From: Mobula hypostoma | Taxonomy: Eukaryota | NCBI RefSeq assembly: GCF_963921235.1 | Contig: NC_086097.1 | Span: 159,962,001 to 160,026,000 of the forward strand | Direction of reading: 5' to 3' | Length of the DNA stretch: 64,000 nucleotides | Shown here: piece by piece, positions 49,744 to 63,199 of the stretch | How the letters are laid out: each line of letters opens with the position of its first letter | How positions within the stretch are numbered: position 1 is the stretch's first letter | Notes under the pieces: model-generated | What the model saw: only the letters and a program-made list of their open reading frames with translations | Database searches by the model: none | What the model was told of the DNA's origin: nothing | Position numbers and translations under genes: made by a program

Positions 49744-51853
49744 GTTTAGAAGGTTCTGGGCCAAATACTTGGATGGGCATCTTGGTCAACATGGGCCAGT
49801 TGGTTTGTAAGACCTGTTTCTGTACTTTATGACCCTATGACTGCAAGATTCCATTGTAATTAATCATTTCATAGTTTTAATATAGTTAAACTTTTCATTG
49901 GCATTCTATTTTCCAAATGGGAAAAACCAACCCTTTGAATGCTATTGCTCACCTAACATTATCTATCCCTATGCAGGCTCTTTATGTTCTCCTTCACAAC
50001 CTACTTTTGTATCATCAGATGATTTGTCTAAAGTACAGTCAGTGTCTTCATCCAAGTCATTTATTGATGCCCTGTGACACTCCAACAGTACTGATCTACA
50101 CCTAATTTATTAATTTTTCCTACTTGGCTCTGTCTGACCTCACATAGACCAATAACCCCACCAAATATCAGACAACTGGCTTTGTTCCCAAATCTATCCC
50201 CACCTCTGATCCTTTGTGATGGAGGCCCTAATCTGGAATTGCTCCTGCACTCATCACTGACTTATCTTTTCTATCCCAGTACTGCCACTCATCTCCAGTA
50301 GCCACTCCACTGATCACACCCCCCATCCTTCTTTCTAGATGGGGGAATAGTATCTGTCGGCAAGCAGCCTGTAATGGAAAGATGTGCACATACTTCTTCT
50401 AGAAACAAGACAAGCCACTGTCATATTGCACAACAGGAAGAAAGGCCTTAGGAAAGAGAGCATGTCATTGATTGGAAAGTAGACCAAAGCAATTTTGTGA
50501 TTTTCTTCAAAGTGATTGGTGTCATAACCTGAAGAGATGCCGTGACATAACATCAATATGCTCAAGCCCTCAAAGTCACTTATTAGATCTGCCACAGAGA
50601 ATGCCATTTCCTGTTTGATTTCTACTACTGCCATCCACCCCTCAAGCTTGCAAAATATCTCTTATCCATTGCCATAACAACTGGCTACAAATATTCTGAA
50701 ATCTCTACTGATTCAAAAATATGAGTTATACCAAGAGGACATTTCTTAGTGTCACTATCTCCAAGCCATCATTTTATTGAAGCCTGATGCAGACAATAAT
50801 TATTGGCCAGAAATACTGTCCTCTGTCATGTTTTGAGGACACTAAAATAAAAAGAAGCAAATTGCCATTAAAGATAAATTTGCATTGAAATATGTTTATT
50901 TACTTTCATAAATAGCCAAGGTCTTCTGCAAAAACAAAGAATATTCAATTAGAATACAATTAGCAGTTAACTTTATCTCATTACTCTGCCACATGAAAAG
51001 GTGACAGAGCAAATGGTGAAGCTAACACATTATTAAATAACTGCATATGAAACATAATTTGATTAAAATACTTTGTCAAAATATCACATTGCAGTCACCC
51101 TGTTTCCTCAACACTACCTGCCCCTCCACCTATCCTCGTATTGTTCACAAACTTGGCCACAAAACCATCAATTGCTTAATCCAAATCATTGAATAGAATG
51201 TAAAAAGAAGCAGTCCAAACACTGCCCCCTATGGCACATCACTAGTTATAGTCAGCCACCAGAAAATGCCCTGTTTATTCCCATTTTTTGCCTCATGCTA
51301 GTCAGGCAAACTTCTGTCCGTGCCAGTACCTTTCCTACAATATTATAGGCCCTTATCTTGTTCAGCAGTCTCATGTGTGGCACCTTATCAAAGGCCTCCT
51401 GAAAATCCAAATAAACAAACATCCATTGACTTTCCTTTGCTATCCTGACAGATCCGTCAGGCAAGATTTCTCTTGAGAAAACCATGCTGACTTAGGCCTA
51501 TTTTATCATGTGCTTCCAAGTACCTCAAACATCATACATAATAATAGACTCTAACATCTTTCCAATCACTGAAGTCAAGCTAACTGGCCTAAAATTTCTT
51601 TTCTTTGAGCTCCCTTTTAAAGAGTGGAGTGACCATTTCAATTTTCCACTCCTCCAGAACCATTCTAGAAACTAGTGATTCTTGAAAGATCACTACTAAT
51701 TTCTCTACAAGAACTCTTTGGCTACCTCTGTTAGTACCTTCAGTTGAACTCTGTCTTTTTGTGTGCTTTCCCCTAGCTGTCAGTCTGTGGTTTTGTATTA
51801 CCATGTGCTCCTGTCCCCACTCCTGCTCTACTCTGGCTCCTGTATTACTGAGG

Positions 51854-54800
51854 ACTACTACTATTACTACTACTTCTTCCTCTTCTTCTTCCTCCTCTTC
51901 TTCTTCTTCTCCTGCCAGTTTAGACGCATCTAGGTGTATTACTGCCCTCCGCAGGACGTATAATTAATTATAGGAGAATTTCAAGGAACTCAAATTCTCG
52001 AATATGACCCAGTCTCACGTATAAACTGTAACGTGGTTTCCAAATAATTGCATTGCCTCAAATCACATTAATTTCATTTGAATCATTTATAAAACTAAAA
52101 GCTTCTTGTTTGAGAATATTCATTATCGCATGCTTAACTTTTAAAATTGCTGTTTTCCAAGTCTATCTGCTATTTCCAAGTTTTCCTTTTCTTGAATCAA
52201 AGCCTGTAGTTGTTTATCGATATCTTGAAGTTCTTCCTCAGTTATTTCCAAGTTTCCATTTTATAATCCGAATGTAGATAATTCACTTTGCAACAAATTC
52301 ATTTTCCCTTTTGTAACTTTGGAATAAGTTCCTCCATTTTCAATCTGTTTTCCATGTCACTGAATTTTTGATCACAAGCATCTTTTTCAGTTACATACTT
52401 CATAAATTCTTGATCATTTGTGATAAGACTCCTTGCATTCCTTTGTGATATTATATGATGCTTATAGGGGTGTATTATAGACTAGCTAATGGGGACCGAG
52501 AACTGGAGGAGCAAATTTGTAAGGAGATAGCAGATATTTGTAGTAAGTACAAGGTTGTGATTGTGGGAGGTTTTAGTTTTCCACACATAGACTGGGAAGC
52601 CCATTCTGTAAAAGGGCTGGATAGTTTGGAGTTTGTCAAATGTGTGCAGGATAGTTTTTTGCAGCAATACATAGAGGTACCAACTAGAGAAGGAGCAGTG
52701 TTGGATCTCCAGTTAGCGAATGAGACAGGGCAGGTGACAGAGGTATGTGTTGGGGAGCACTTCCGGTCCAGTGATCACAATACCATTAGTTTCAATATAA
52801 TTATGGAGAAGGATAGGACTGGACCCAGGGTTGAGATTTTTGATTGGAGAAAGGCTAACTATGAGGAGATGCGAAGGGATTTAGAAGGAGTGGATTGGGA
52901 CAATTTTTTTTATGGGAAGGATGCAATAGAGAAATGGAGGTTATTTAAAGGGGAAATTTTGAGGGTACAGGATCTTTATGTTCCTGTTAGGTTGAAAGGA
53001 AAGTTTAAAAGTTTGAGAGAGCCATGGTTTTCAAGGGATATAGGAAACTTGGTTTGGAAAAAGAGAGGGATTTACAATAAATATAGGCAGCTTGGAGTTA
53101 ATGAGGTGCTCGAGGAATATAAAGAATGTAAAAAGAATCTTAAGAAAGAAGTTAGAAAAGCTAAAAGAAGATACGAGGCAGCTTTAGCAAGTAAGGTGAA
53201 AATAAATCCAAAGGGTCTCTACAGTTATATGAATAGCAAAAAGACAGTGAGGGATAAAATTGGTCCCTTAGAGAATCAGATTGGATGGCTATGTGCAGAG
53301 CCAAAAGAGATGGGGGAGATTTTGAACAATTTCTTTTCTTCGGTATTCACTAAGGAGAAGGATATTGAATTATATAAGGTAAAGGAAACAAGAAAGGTAG
53401 TTATGGAAATTATGATGATTAAGGAAGAGGAAGTAATGGCGCTTTTAAGGAAAATAAAAGTGGATAAGTCTCCGGGTCCGGACATGATATTCCTTAGGAC
53501 CTTAAGGGAAATTAGTGTGGAAGTAGCAGCGGCTCTGACAGAAATATTTCAAATGTCATTAGAAACAGGGATGGTGCCGGAGGATTGGCATATTGCTCAT
53601 GTTGTTCCATTGTTTAAAAAGGGTTCAAAGGGTAAACCTAGCAATTATCAGCCTGTGAATTTGACGTCAGTGGTGGGTAAATAGATGGAAAGTATTCTTA
53701 GAGATGGTATATATAATTATCTGGATAGACATGGTCTGATTAGGAACAGTCAACATGGATTTGTGCGTGGAAGGTCATTTTTGACAAATCTAATTGAATT
53801 TTTTGATGAGGTTACTAGGAAAGTTGACGAGGATAAAACGGTAGATGTTGTCTATATGGACTTCAGTAAGGCCTTTGACAAGGATCCACACGGAAGGTTA
53901 GTTAGGAAGGTTCAATCGTTAGGCATTAATATCGAAGTAGTAAAATGGATTCAGCAGTGGCTGGATGGGAGACGCCAGAGAATAGTGGTGGATAACTGTG
54001 TGTCAGATTAGAGGACGGTGTGTAGCGGTGTGCCTCAGGGATTTGTACTGGGTCCAATGTTATTTGTCATATATATTAATGATCTGGATGATGGGGTTGA
54101 AAATTGGATTAGTAAGTATGCAGATGATACTAAGATAGGTGTCGTTGTGGATAATGAAGTAGGTTTTCAAAGCTTGCAGAGAGATTTAGGCCAGTTAGAA
54201 GAGTGGGCTGAAAGATGGCTGATGGAGTTTAATGCTGAAAAATGTGAGGTGCTACATGTTGGTAGGACTAATCAAAATAGGACATACATGGTAAATGGTA
54301 GGGCATTGAAGAATGCAGTAGAATAGAGGGATCTGGGAATAATGGTGCATAGTTCCCTGAAGGTGGAATCTCATGTGGATAGGGTGGTGAAGAAAGCTTT
54401 TGGTATGCTGGCCTTTATTAATCAGAGCATTGAGGATAGGAGTTGAGATGTAATGTTGAAATTGTACAAGGCTTTGGTAAGGCCAAATTTGGAGTATTGT
54501 GTGCAGTTGTGGTCACCGAATTATAGGAAAGATGTCAATAAAATTGAGAGAGTACAGAGGAAGTTTACTGAAATGTTGCCTGGGTTTCATCTCCTAAGTT
54601 AAAGAGTTGAACAAGTTAGGTCTTTATTCCTTGGAGTGTAGAAGGTTGAGAGGGGACTTGATAGAGGTGTTTAAAATTTTGAGGGGGATTGATAGAGTTG
54701 ACATGGATAGGCTTTTTCCATTGAGAGTTGGGGAGACTCAAACAAGAGGACATGAGTTGAGAGTTAAAGGGCAAAAGTTTAGGGGTAACATGAGGGGGAA

Positions 54801-56420
54801 TTTTTTAACTCAGAGAGTGGTAGCTGTGTGGAACAAGCTTCCAGCAGAAGTGGTTGAGGCAGGTTTGATGTTGACGTTTAAAGTTAAATTGGATCGATAT
54901 ATGGACAGGAAGGGAATGGAGGGTTGTGGACTGAGTGCAGGTCGGTGGGACTAGGTGAGAGTAGGAGTTCAGCACGGACTAGAAGGGCCAAGATGACCTG
55001 TTTCTGTGCTGTAATGGTTATATGGTTATTTATATATATATATTTATACAGCCATTAATTTCCTGCCTTTCTTGCCTGTGAACTGTTTGATCCTCTATTC
55101 AGCGTATCTTTGACTGCTTCTCACTTAAGCCCTGTAATACCAAGGTATTTTTCTGCAGACTTGACTATAATTTGATTTTTTTCAGTTCTTTTGTCTGTTT
55201 GCGCTGAACAGTTAATTGCATCTGCCATAAACAGTACGAAATCCTTCTTACTCATAATTAGTGTATCTTTATTTATCATATTACAACCCTCACAATTCAC
55301 CAGTTTATTATTCCCTGTATTTGTTTGCTTGAAAGCCTTCTCTTTTCCAGCCAATGCTTTCACTACCTCTACATAACTGATCCCTTGAGTTACTTTTACA
55401 TATTGTATCTCAGCTTCTTTCTTGCTAATAATGCACTCTTAATAAGCTACACTGTGTTCCTCACCACAATTGCAGCATTTCAGCCTAGCTCCCACCTGAC
55501 ATTTCCCATATTCATGTTCTCCAGCGTATTTCCACATCTTTGTTTCCCTCTGCAGACCACCACAATATGCCTGAATTTCTGACATTTAAAGCGTCCTAAA
55601 GGCGGTGGTATATATATTCTGACCTCATAACACATGTACCTTAAATAAATTTTAGTCGGCAATCTCTCTTCATCAAAGTTAATCATAACCGATAAACTAT
55701 CACACTTTTTCCCGTTTCTTGTAGCTTTTAAACGTTTGGACTCAATAATTTTTGCTCCTTTTATGTTCTGTTTAATCTCATCCACAGTAACTTTTGTTGG
55801 TATACCTGAACTAACTCCTCCAGTCCACTTTCTATTGTTGGGTATTGAGCATTGTAGTTTTTGCCGTTTATTTTATTTAATCTTATCACTTTGCCTTGTT
55901 GAGAACTATCCCGACAAATCATTAATAGTGATCCATTTCGTAAAATCTTTGCTCTTTTGACTTCACCTATAAGTTTGTTGATTATCTTTGTCAAATGAAT
56001 CGGGTTCCATTCACAAAAAGATGCTCCGTCTTCGCTCAGTGTTATAATTGCTTTAATCTCATCTTCTTTCCGTTGTTTTGCTATCCTATTTTGTTTGTCT
56101 CCTGACTCCTCTGAATTTGACATCTCATACCTCTGTTTTCTTTTCTCACTCTTTCCACTATATTCCTCTTTCTCGCCAACGTCCATCTCTAACTCACGCC
56201 CACTATCTGTCGACCAGCCGTTCATCCTGTGGGATATTCTCTTTATCAACTCAGCAGATGAGGCCTCCCTACTCGTCTCCTCTTCATCAGTTCCACCCAC
56301 GATCAGCACTCCGGTCTGGCTGGAACCGTTGATGAAAACAAGCTACATTGTCACTCTCCATTCCTTCCTGCCCATAACGTGCAGGCTGGGTACTCCACAA
56401 TTCGGCTCTATTCGTTCAAT
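51854..56420 (-). mobile_element. Nimb/I-group LINE, internally deleted (ORF1 plus ORF2 termini)
   Basis: ORF1 pieces 55121-56309 with Gag-like knuckles (FKCQKFRHIVVVC, CCNCGEEH); ORF2 start QRNARSLITNDQEF; ORF2 end FIRETGSYSRI*; (GAA)n(TAG)n tail. Confidence 0.75.
52455..55029 (+). mobile_element. CR1, near-complete ORF2 (APE + RT) with stops
   Basis: IGVYYR, PTREGAVLDL, SDHN, KSPGPD, QHGF, GVPQG, YADDTK; (TATGGTTA)n tail. Confidence 0.95.
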
Positions 56421-57825
56421 TGGCCTCTCATTTCCCAACTAATACATTCAACTATGTCCTGCCTGAGTCAAATTCAGCCGTTTTCAAACTCAACCCCAAC
56501 CAACTCAACCGTCTCCATTCAACTCGCTCACCTGTCTGTTGCCAGATTGTGCAAGGGAATTTTCCTGTGCCGTTCCAGCATTTAGTTGTATCTGTACTCT
56601 GTTTGTCTGAATATCAACTCTGCCTGCTTCCCAATTCTGTTTTTTGGATTTCTTTGGATGTTTTGATCTCTGCCCGATCTTTGACGCCGACTTTGTTTGC
56701 ACCTCGGGATTACTCAATTAATACCACTGTGTGCAAAGTACTGGGTCTGCAATTGGACCCCTGCTCCAGCGCCCTGACAACCTTTTTCAGAATCCTGGGT
56801 CGTGGTCCATCTGGTCCAGGTGCCTTACTTACATTCATACCTTTCAGCTTCCCAAGCACCTTCTCCTTAGTGTTAGCAATGACACTCACTTCTGCCCTCT
56901 GACATTCTTGCATTTCTGACATACTGCTAGAGTCTTCCACAGTGAAGACTGCCACAAAGTACTTAGTAAGTTCATTCACCATTTCTTTGTCCTCCACTAC
57001 TGCCTCTCCAGTATCGTTTTCTAGTGGTCCAATATCCAATCTTGTCTCTCTTTTAACCTATATATATTTCAAAATACTTTTTATATCCTCTTATCTTATT
57101 GGCTAGCTTACCTTCATATTTCATCTTTTCTTTCTTTATGGCTTATTTAGTTGTCTTCTTGTGTTTAAAAGCTTCCTGATCCTTTAACTTCCCACTAATT
57201 TTTGCTATATTTTATACCCTCTCTATTCATTTTATGCTGTCTTTGACTTCCCGTGTCAGCCATGGTTAACTCATCCTCCCTGCGGAATACTTCAATTTTG
57301 GGATGTCTTTCCTGTGCCTTCCGAATTCCCCAAGAAACACCAGGCATTGCTGTTCTGCCATCATCCCTGCTAGTGTTCCCTTCCAATCAATTTTAAAGGT
57401 AGTGGGAGCTTATCCCTGCTACCACCCCGCTATGACAACCTTAAGGAACCAAAGTTTTACTAATATTTTCAAAAACTTAAAACACACAGATATTGCTGTT
57501 TCAAGGAGAAACACAGAGTGGATGGAGATGTGTGTCTTTCCACCCTGTACTTCAAAATGAATCAAAACTAACCAGCGCAGGAAATGGTATGAAAACAGCT
57601 TATGTATGGGAAGCAATGTTCATACAGACTGATCTGTGACTCTAGAGGCCAAAACAACATCAGTGTACTGATGTGATGAAATGATCCACATGGATGGCAT
57701 ACAAGTTTGTTCACTGCACCTTGGTACTTGAGACATTAATAAACCAATTTAATTTACAAATATATACTTGGAAGTATATGATCAGTTCTTCATATTCTCT
57801 GGATTTAAATTCTGGAAACACCTAC

Positions 57826-58260
57826 TCAGATCTGATTCAGATTCATATTCAGATTTATTTATCACATTTATATCGAAGCATATAGTGAAATGGGTAAAAT
57901 ATGTTAACAAACAACACACTGAGGGATGTGCTCAGTCAGTTGCAAGTGTAGCCACATATTCCAGTACAAACATTGCAAAAACACATGAGATTTTGCAGAT
58001 GCTGGAATCCAGAGCAATGCTGCATGCTCACAATGCTCGGTAAAACAAAATGCAGCACAACAAACAACAAAACAACAACATCAAGACGAGTCGCTTTCCT
58101 CACTTTCCTCCCTTCCCTCTCCCTCCCACCCATCTGCACACAGGGACTGGCCTCCAGCTTCCCGGATTTGGCCATCATATTTTCATTTCTGGACTTCAGA
58201 CTCCGATTTTCAGTATCAATCCACAGTAGAGTGGGGTACCATCACATGAGAAGCAGAAGT
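57826..58260 (-). mobile_element. LINE 3'-end derivative with (ATTCAG)n tail and a pLTR stub at ~57975-58020
   Basis: tcagattcatattcagatttatttatcac; gcagatgctggaatccagagcaa. Confidence 0.55.
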
Positions 58261-58869
58261 TGTTAATAAAGTTAACTCGCCACCATTTTGTCAAGAGCAT
58301 TTAGTGATAGACTATAAATGCTACTCCTACTGGTGACACCCAGTTCCCGAAAAATAACTAAATAAGAAAAGAAAGACTTGTTCTTTGTTGCACACAACAG
58401 ATGGGGTAACCAACAAGTAGAGTAAACAAAGATTCCACCGAGTGAACATTATATCAAACAGCTTGAGGTGACATTAGTCACATTTACTCCATATTGTGCA
58501 AAAAAAAACTAGACAATGAAAAATTGTATTACTTTATCAATTCCCTTCTGGCACAGTTTAAATGACTGAACAATAGCAAAGCATCCATCAACTTTTCTAG
58601 CCTAGTGAATATGAAACTAACATAACCAAATTAGATGTGACAGCCATAATCTAAGGATAACCACAGAGTAAAAGTATGCCTCTCCTCAGGAACATATATA
58701 TATTTCTTTTATTTTTACTGAGTGACCCTGAAAACAAACGAGTGTTTTATCAGATTATGATTATTTGCTTTCTTCCTGAGGCTTTTTGGATAAAGTATCT
58801 TTCTCAAACTTCATTTAATGATTAGAACTGAATGAAGTCAAAGATAGTTAGCCATCCCTATGTTATGTG

Positions 58870-59880
58870 GGGCATTGGGGGGAGGAGATTCTGCAAGACA
58901 AGGTCTATCTGTTTTTGGAAAGGCATGGACTGACAAGGGACAGCCAACATAACTTCGAGTGTGGTAAATTGTATCTCATAAATTTTCTTGAATTCATTGA
59001 AAAGGTGACCATGAGGATTAATGAGGAAATGGTGGAAGACATTGTCTACATAGACTTTAGCAAGGGCTCGTGATGGAAAGCTGATTCAGAAGGTCAGATT
59101 ACATGAAATCCAAGGTGTGTTAACCAATTGGATACAAATTAACTTGGTAGATGGAATTTGAGGGTGGTAATGGAGGGTTGTTATTAGACTTCCAATCTGC
59201 GCCTTATAAGGCATGAAAATGCCCTATGCAGGCCTCTCATGGTCTGAGTCGATGTTCCTTCCCCTTTCAGACTGGATGTCTGTGACCAGTGTTGTGCCAC
59301 AGGAATTATTGCTTAGTCATCTGCTGTTTGCCATCTACATTAATGATTTGGATGAGAAGGAGGTGGCGTGGTTGGTAAGTCTGCAGATGAAACCAAAAAT
59401 GACAATGTAGAAGACAGTGAAGAAAATTGTCTAAGGTTACAGCAGAATATAGACCTACAGGGAAGGTGGTCGAAGGAATGACAAGTGGAATTTAACTCAG
59501 ATAAGTGTAAAACCAGGCATTTAGGGGAGTTAAACAGAACAGGGCATACACAGTAAATGCAGCATTCTGGGGAGTGTTGTAAAGTGGAGAGACCTAGAGG
59601 TACAAATGCACATTTCCCTGAAAGTGGGGACTTAGGTAGAAAGGGTAGTGAAGAAGGTATTACCTACGTCAGTCAGGGCACTGAGTGCGGGAGATGGAAT
59701 GTCATATTACACCGTATAAGACTTGAATTATAGTGTACAGTTCTCATTGCCTAGCTATAGGAATGATTTACTGTAATTGAACTAGAGAGGGTACAGAAGA
59801 GGTTCATAAGGATATTGCATAACACGGACAGCTTGAGTTATAAAGGTAGACTATTTAAGCTGGAGCTATTTTCCTGGGAG
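58870..59880 (+). mobile_element. Old CR1 RT fragment
   Basis: DIVYIDFSK, VTSVVPQE...IYINDLDE. Confidence 0.8.
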
Positions 59881-60110
59881 AGCAGTGAATTGGTAAATTG
59901 GTAAATTTGCAGAGTATAGTGAACATAGCACAGCAGATTACTGAAACCACACACCTCTCCATGGAATCTGCTTAACTTCACACACCTCAGAAGAGCAGCC
60001 AACATATCAAAGACTCCACTCGCCACCAAAATTTCTGTCTTCTCCCTCCTCCCATTGGGTAGAAAATACAAAAACCCAAAAGCACCAGGTTCAAGGACAG
60101 TTTCTGTCCC

Positions 60111-61550
60111 AGGGAGCAGGAGTGAGTGCCATTTCTATTACAAAGGAAAAAGTGCTAGGGAAGCTCAAAGGTCTTAAGGTGGAAAAGTCACCTGGACCAG
60201 ATGGACTAGATGGACCAGAGTCTTGAGAGAGTTTGCTGAAAAGATAACAGATACTTTGATCATGAATTTTTAAGACTCTCTTGATTCTGGTATGGTCCCA
60301 GAGGACTGGAAAATTGCAAATGTCATTCCACTCTTTCAGAAGGGTGGAAGGCAAAAGAAAGGAAATTATAGGCCAGTTAGCCTCATCTCAGTGGTTGGTA
60401 AAGTGTTAGAGTCTATTGTTAAGGATGAGGTTTCAGGATACTTGGAGACTGATAATAAAATAAATCAAAGTCGCCATGGTTTCTGTGAAGGGAGATCTTG
60501 CCTGACAAATCTGTTAGAGTTCTTTGAGAAGGTAATAAGCAGGAGGGACAAAGGAGAGGCAGTGGATGTCATTAGCTTGGTTTTCAGAAGGGGTTTGATA
60601 TGGTGCCACAAATGAGGCTGCTTAACAGGATAAAATCTTATGGCAATGATTTGGATAATGGAATTTATGGCTTTGTAGCAAAGTTTGCAGGTGATACAAA
60701 GATAGGTGGAGGGGTATGTAGTGCTGAGAAAGCAATGCGATTGCAGCAGGACTTAGACAAATTGAAAGAATGGGCAAAAAAGTGGCAGATGGAATACAGT
60801 GTTTGGAAATGTATGATAATGCATTTTGGTAAAAAGAACAATAGTGCAGACTATTATCTGAATGGGAAGAAAATGTAACATCAGAAGTGCAGAGAGACTT
60901 AGGAGTCCTCGTACAAGACTCAGAAAGTTAATTTCCATGTTAAAAAGGCGAATGCAACATTGGCATTTATTTCAAGGGGAATAGAATATAAAAGCAAGGA
61001 GATAATGCTAAGGCTTTATAAGACACTAGTCAGACTGCACTTGGAGTATTGTCAACAGTTCACGAGGTTGATTCCGGGAAAGAAGGCGTTAACATATGGG
61101 GAGCATTTTGGCAGCTTTGGGTCTGTACTCACTGGAGATTAGAAGAACGCATGGGGATCTCATTGAAACCTACCAAATGTTGAAAGGACTAGATAAGGTA
61201 GATGTGGAGAGAATGTTTTCTATGATGGCGGTACCCAGAACTAAAGGGCACGACCTCAAAATTGAGGGGTGACCTCTTAGAACAGAGGTAAGGAGGTATT
61301 TTTTTAGTGAGAGAGTAGTGAATCTGTGGAATACTCTGCCACAGACTATGGTGCAGGCCAAGTCCATGAATATATTTAAAGCAGAAGTTGATAGTTTGCT
61401 GATTGATCAGCGCGTCAAAGGATATGGCGAAAAGGCGGGTGTATGAGGTTAGGTGGGATCCGGGATGAGCCATGATGGAATGGCAAAGCAGACTCGATGG
61501 GCTGAACGGCCCAATTCTGCTTCTATGTCTTATGGTCTAATGGTCTTATG
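60111..61550 (+). mobile_element. CR1 fragment inside a Rex1 3' end (59905-60110 and 61552-61890)
   Basis: VPEDWKIANV, NYRPVSL, CLTNLLEFFE, KFAGDTK; tcttatgg tail; Rex 3' sequence on both sides. Confidence 0.9.
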
Positions 61551-62094
61551 AGACCATTGAACCGTGCCCTGGTATGATAACATCACTCGCTCCATCACTG
61601 AACTGTTCCTACAACCTACGGACTCATTTCAAGTACACTTCATCTCATGTTCTCTATATTTCTTGTTTATTTATCTTATTATTAATATTATTATGATGTT
61701 TTATTTTTCTTTTGTATTTGCACAGGTTGTTGTCTCCGGCACATTGGTTGTTTGTCCATCTAGTTGGGTACGTTCTTTTATTGCTTCTATTGTGTTTCTT
61801 AGACTTACTGCCAATGCCTTCAAGAAAATAATTCTCAGGGCTGTACGTGGTGATATATGTGTACTACTTTGATAATAAATTTACATTGTACATTGTACTT
61901 CATACTTTGATAAGATGGACTTTTGTCCTTACAATCTACTTTCTTATGACTTTGCATCTTACCGTCCATTTCTTTATATCTGTATTTGCATTTTGTTATT
62001 GTTTTAATCTGCACTAAGTGCACTGTTGCAATGAAATAATCCATATGGATGGTATGCAAGAAATTCTTTCACTGTACCTCAGTATACACTATGA

Positions 62095-62750
62095 CCATAG
62101 GACGTAAGAGCAGAATTTGGCCTTTAGGTCCGTCGAGTCTACTCTGCCTTTCGATTATAGCTGATTTATTTTCCCTCTCAACCACATTCTCCTGCTTTTT
62201 CCCTTATCCTTTGACACTCTTGCCAATCAAGAACCTGTCAACCTCCACTTTAAATATACCCAATGACTTGGCCTCCACACCTGTCAGTGGCAATGAATTC
62301 CATACAGTCACTACCCGCTGGCGAAATAAATTCCTCACTGTCTGTTCTAAATGTGACCATAATAAGGCAATTTACCAATATACCAATGGGGAGAGACTGG
62401 TTGAGTTGGGGCTATTTTTCCTGGAGCGTAGAAGGTCCGAGTGTGAGTTGGTGAACTTAGAGGCATATTAAATCATAAGGGGCATAGAGAAAGGGTCATG
62501 GTCTTTTCCCCAGGGTAGGCAAGATTAAGACTAAAGGACATAGGTTTGAAGTGAGAAGGGCAGGATTTTCACATACAGAATGAGCAGCCAGAGGAAATGG
62601 AAGAGACAGGTAAAATTACAATATTTGAAAGAGATTTAGACAGGTACGGATAGGAATGACTTAGAGGGAAATGGGCCAAATACAGACAAATGGGACAAAC
62701 TCTGATAGGTATGGTGGTCATCATAAGCATATTAGGCAGAAAGCTTGTCA
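62095..62750. mobile_element. Two CR1 3' fragments in opposite orientation (62095-62350 minus; ~62380-62750 plus)
   Basis: Similarity to other CR1 ends; LGLFFLERRR. Confidence 0.7.
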
Positions 62751-63199
62751 CACACCAAGAGCTTTGCCAGCCTAGTCATCCCAGAATGTGGTCACATTAC
62801 AGCAGCATTGCTGCAAGTGCATAGCCAGCCTATTAGCATCTTATATGGAAATGTTAGGCTAGCATAACTCTCCTGTAAATTAGGGAATCTTCAGCGGACT
62901 GGTAAAGCAAAAATGAGGTCCATCACTGCACTTAGTTGTACAACAACTTAAGAAAAAGGAACATAATTAAACATCAATATTTCAGAGTTGCTGGCCAGAT
63001 TACGCTGTTCTAACATTTGCTTAACAAAGCACCACTTAGCTATCAGATTTACATTAAGATACTATGAAGTTTCTGAGTTACTCTATTTGCATAATATAAA
63101 TAACAGAAACGCAATAAAAAGCCAAGTCTTTACAAGGTTAAGTACTCTTTTACAATAACTGTCTGGCAGCGCAATTCAAACTATTATGCACCAAAAAAT

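Larger units (their letters stand above)
51729..56779 (+). mobile_element. Gypsy solo LTR split into 51729-51853 and ~56421-56779
   Basis: TGTTAG...CTGACA termini; 5-bp TSD ACCTC/ACCTT. Confidence 0.8.
51100..57395 (-). mobile_element. CR1 ORF2 fragment split into 51100-51728 and 56780-57395
   Basis: VYLDFQEAFDKVPH and LVVIFQESL on the left; KAPGPDGPRPRILK and MVNELTKYF on the right; reading joins across the insert. Confidence 0.85.

Noticed and set aside
50335..50634. 99-aa minus-strand ORF as an exon
   Set aside because: No recognisable motif or clear donor; adjacent to decayed Penelope-like sequence; cannot support
51761..51967. Thr/Ser-rich ORF
   Set aside because: Antisense translation of the Nimb (GAA)n(TAG)n tail
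52455..53684. Longest ORF (409 aa) as a host gene
   Set aside because: It is CR1 ORF2 (APE/tether/RT start) followed by stops and a CR1 tail
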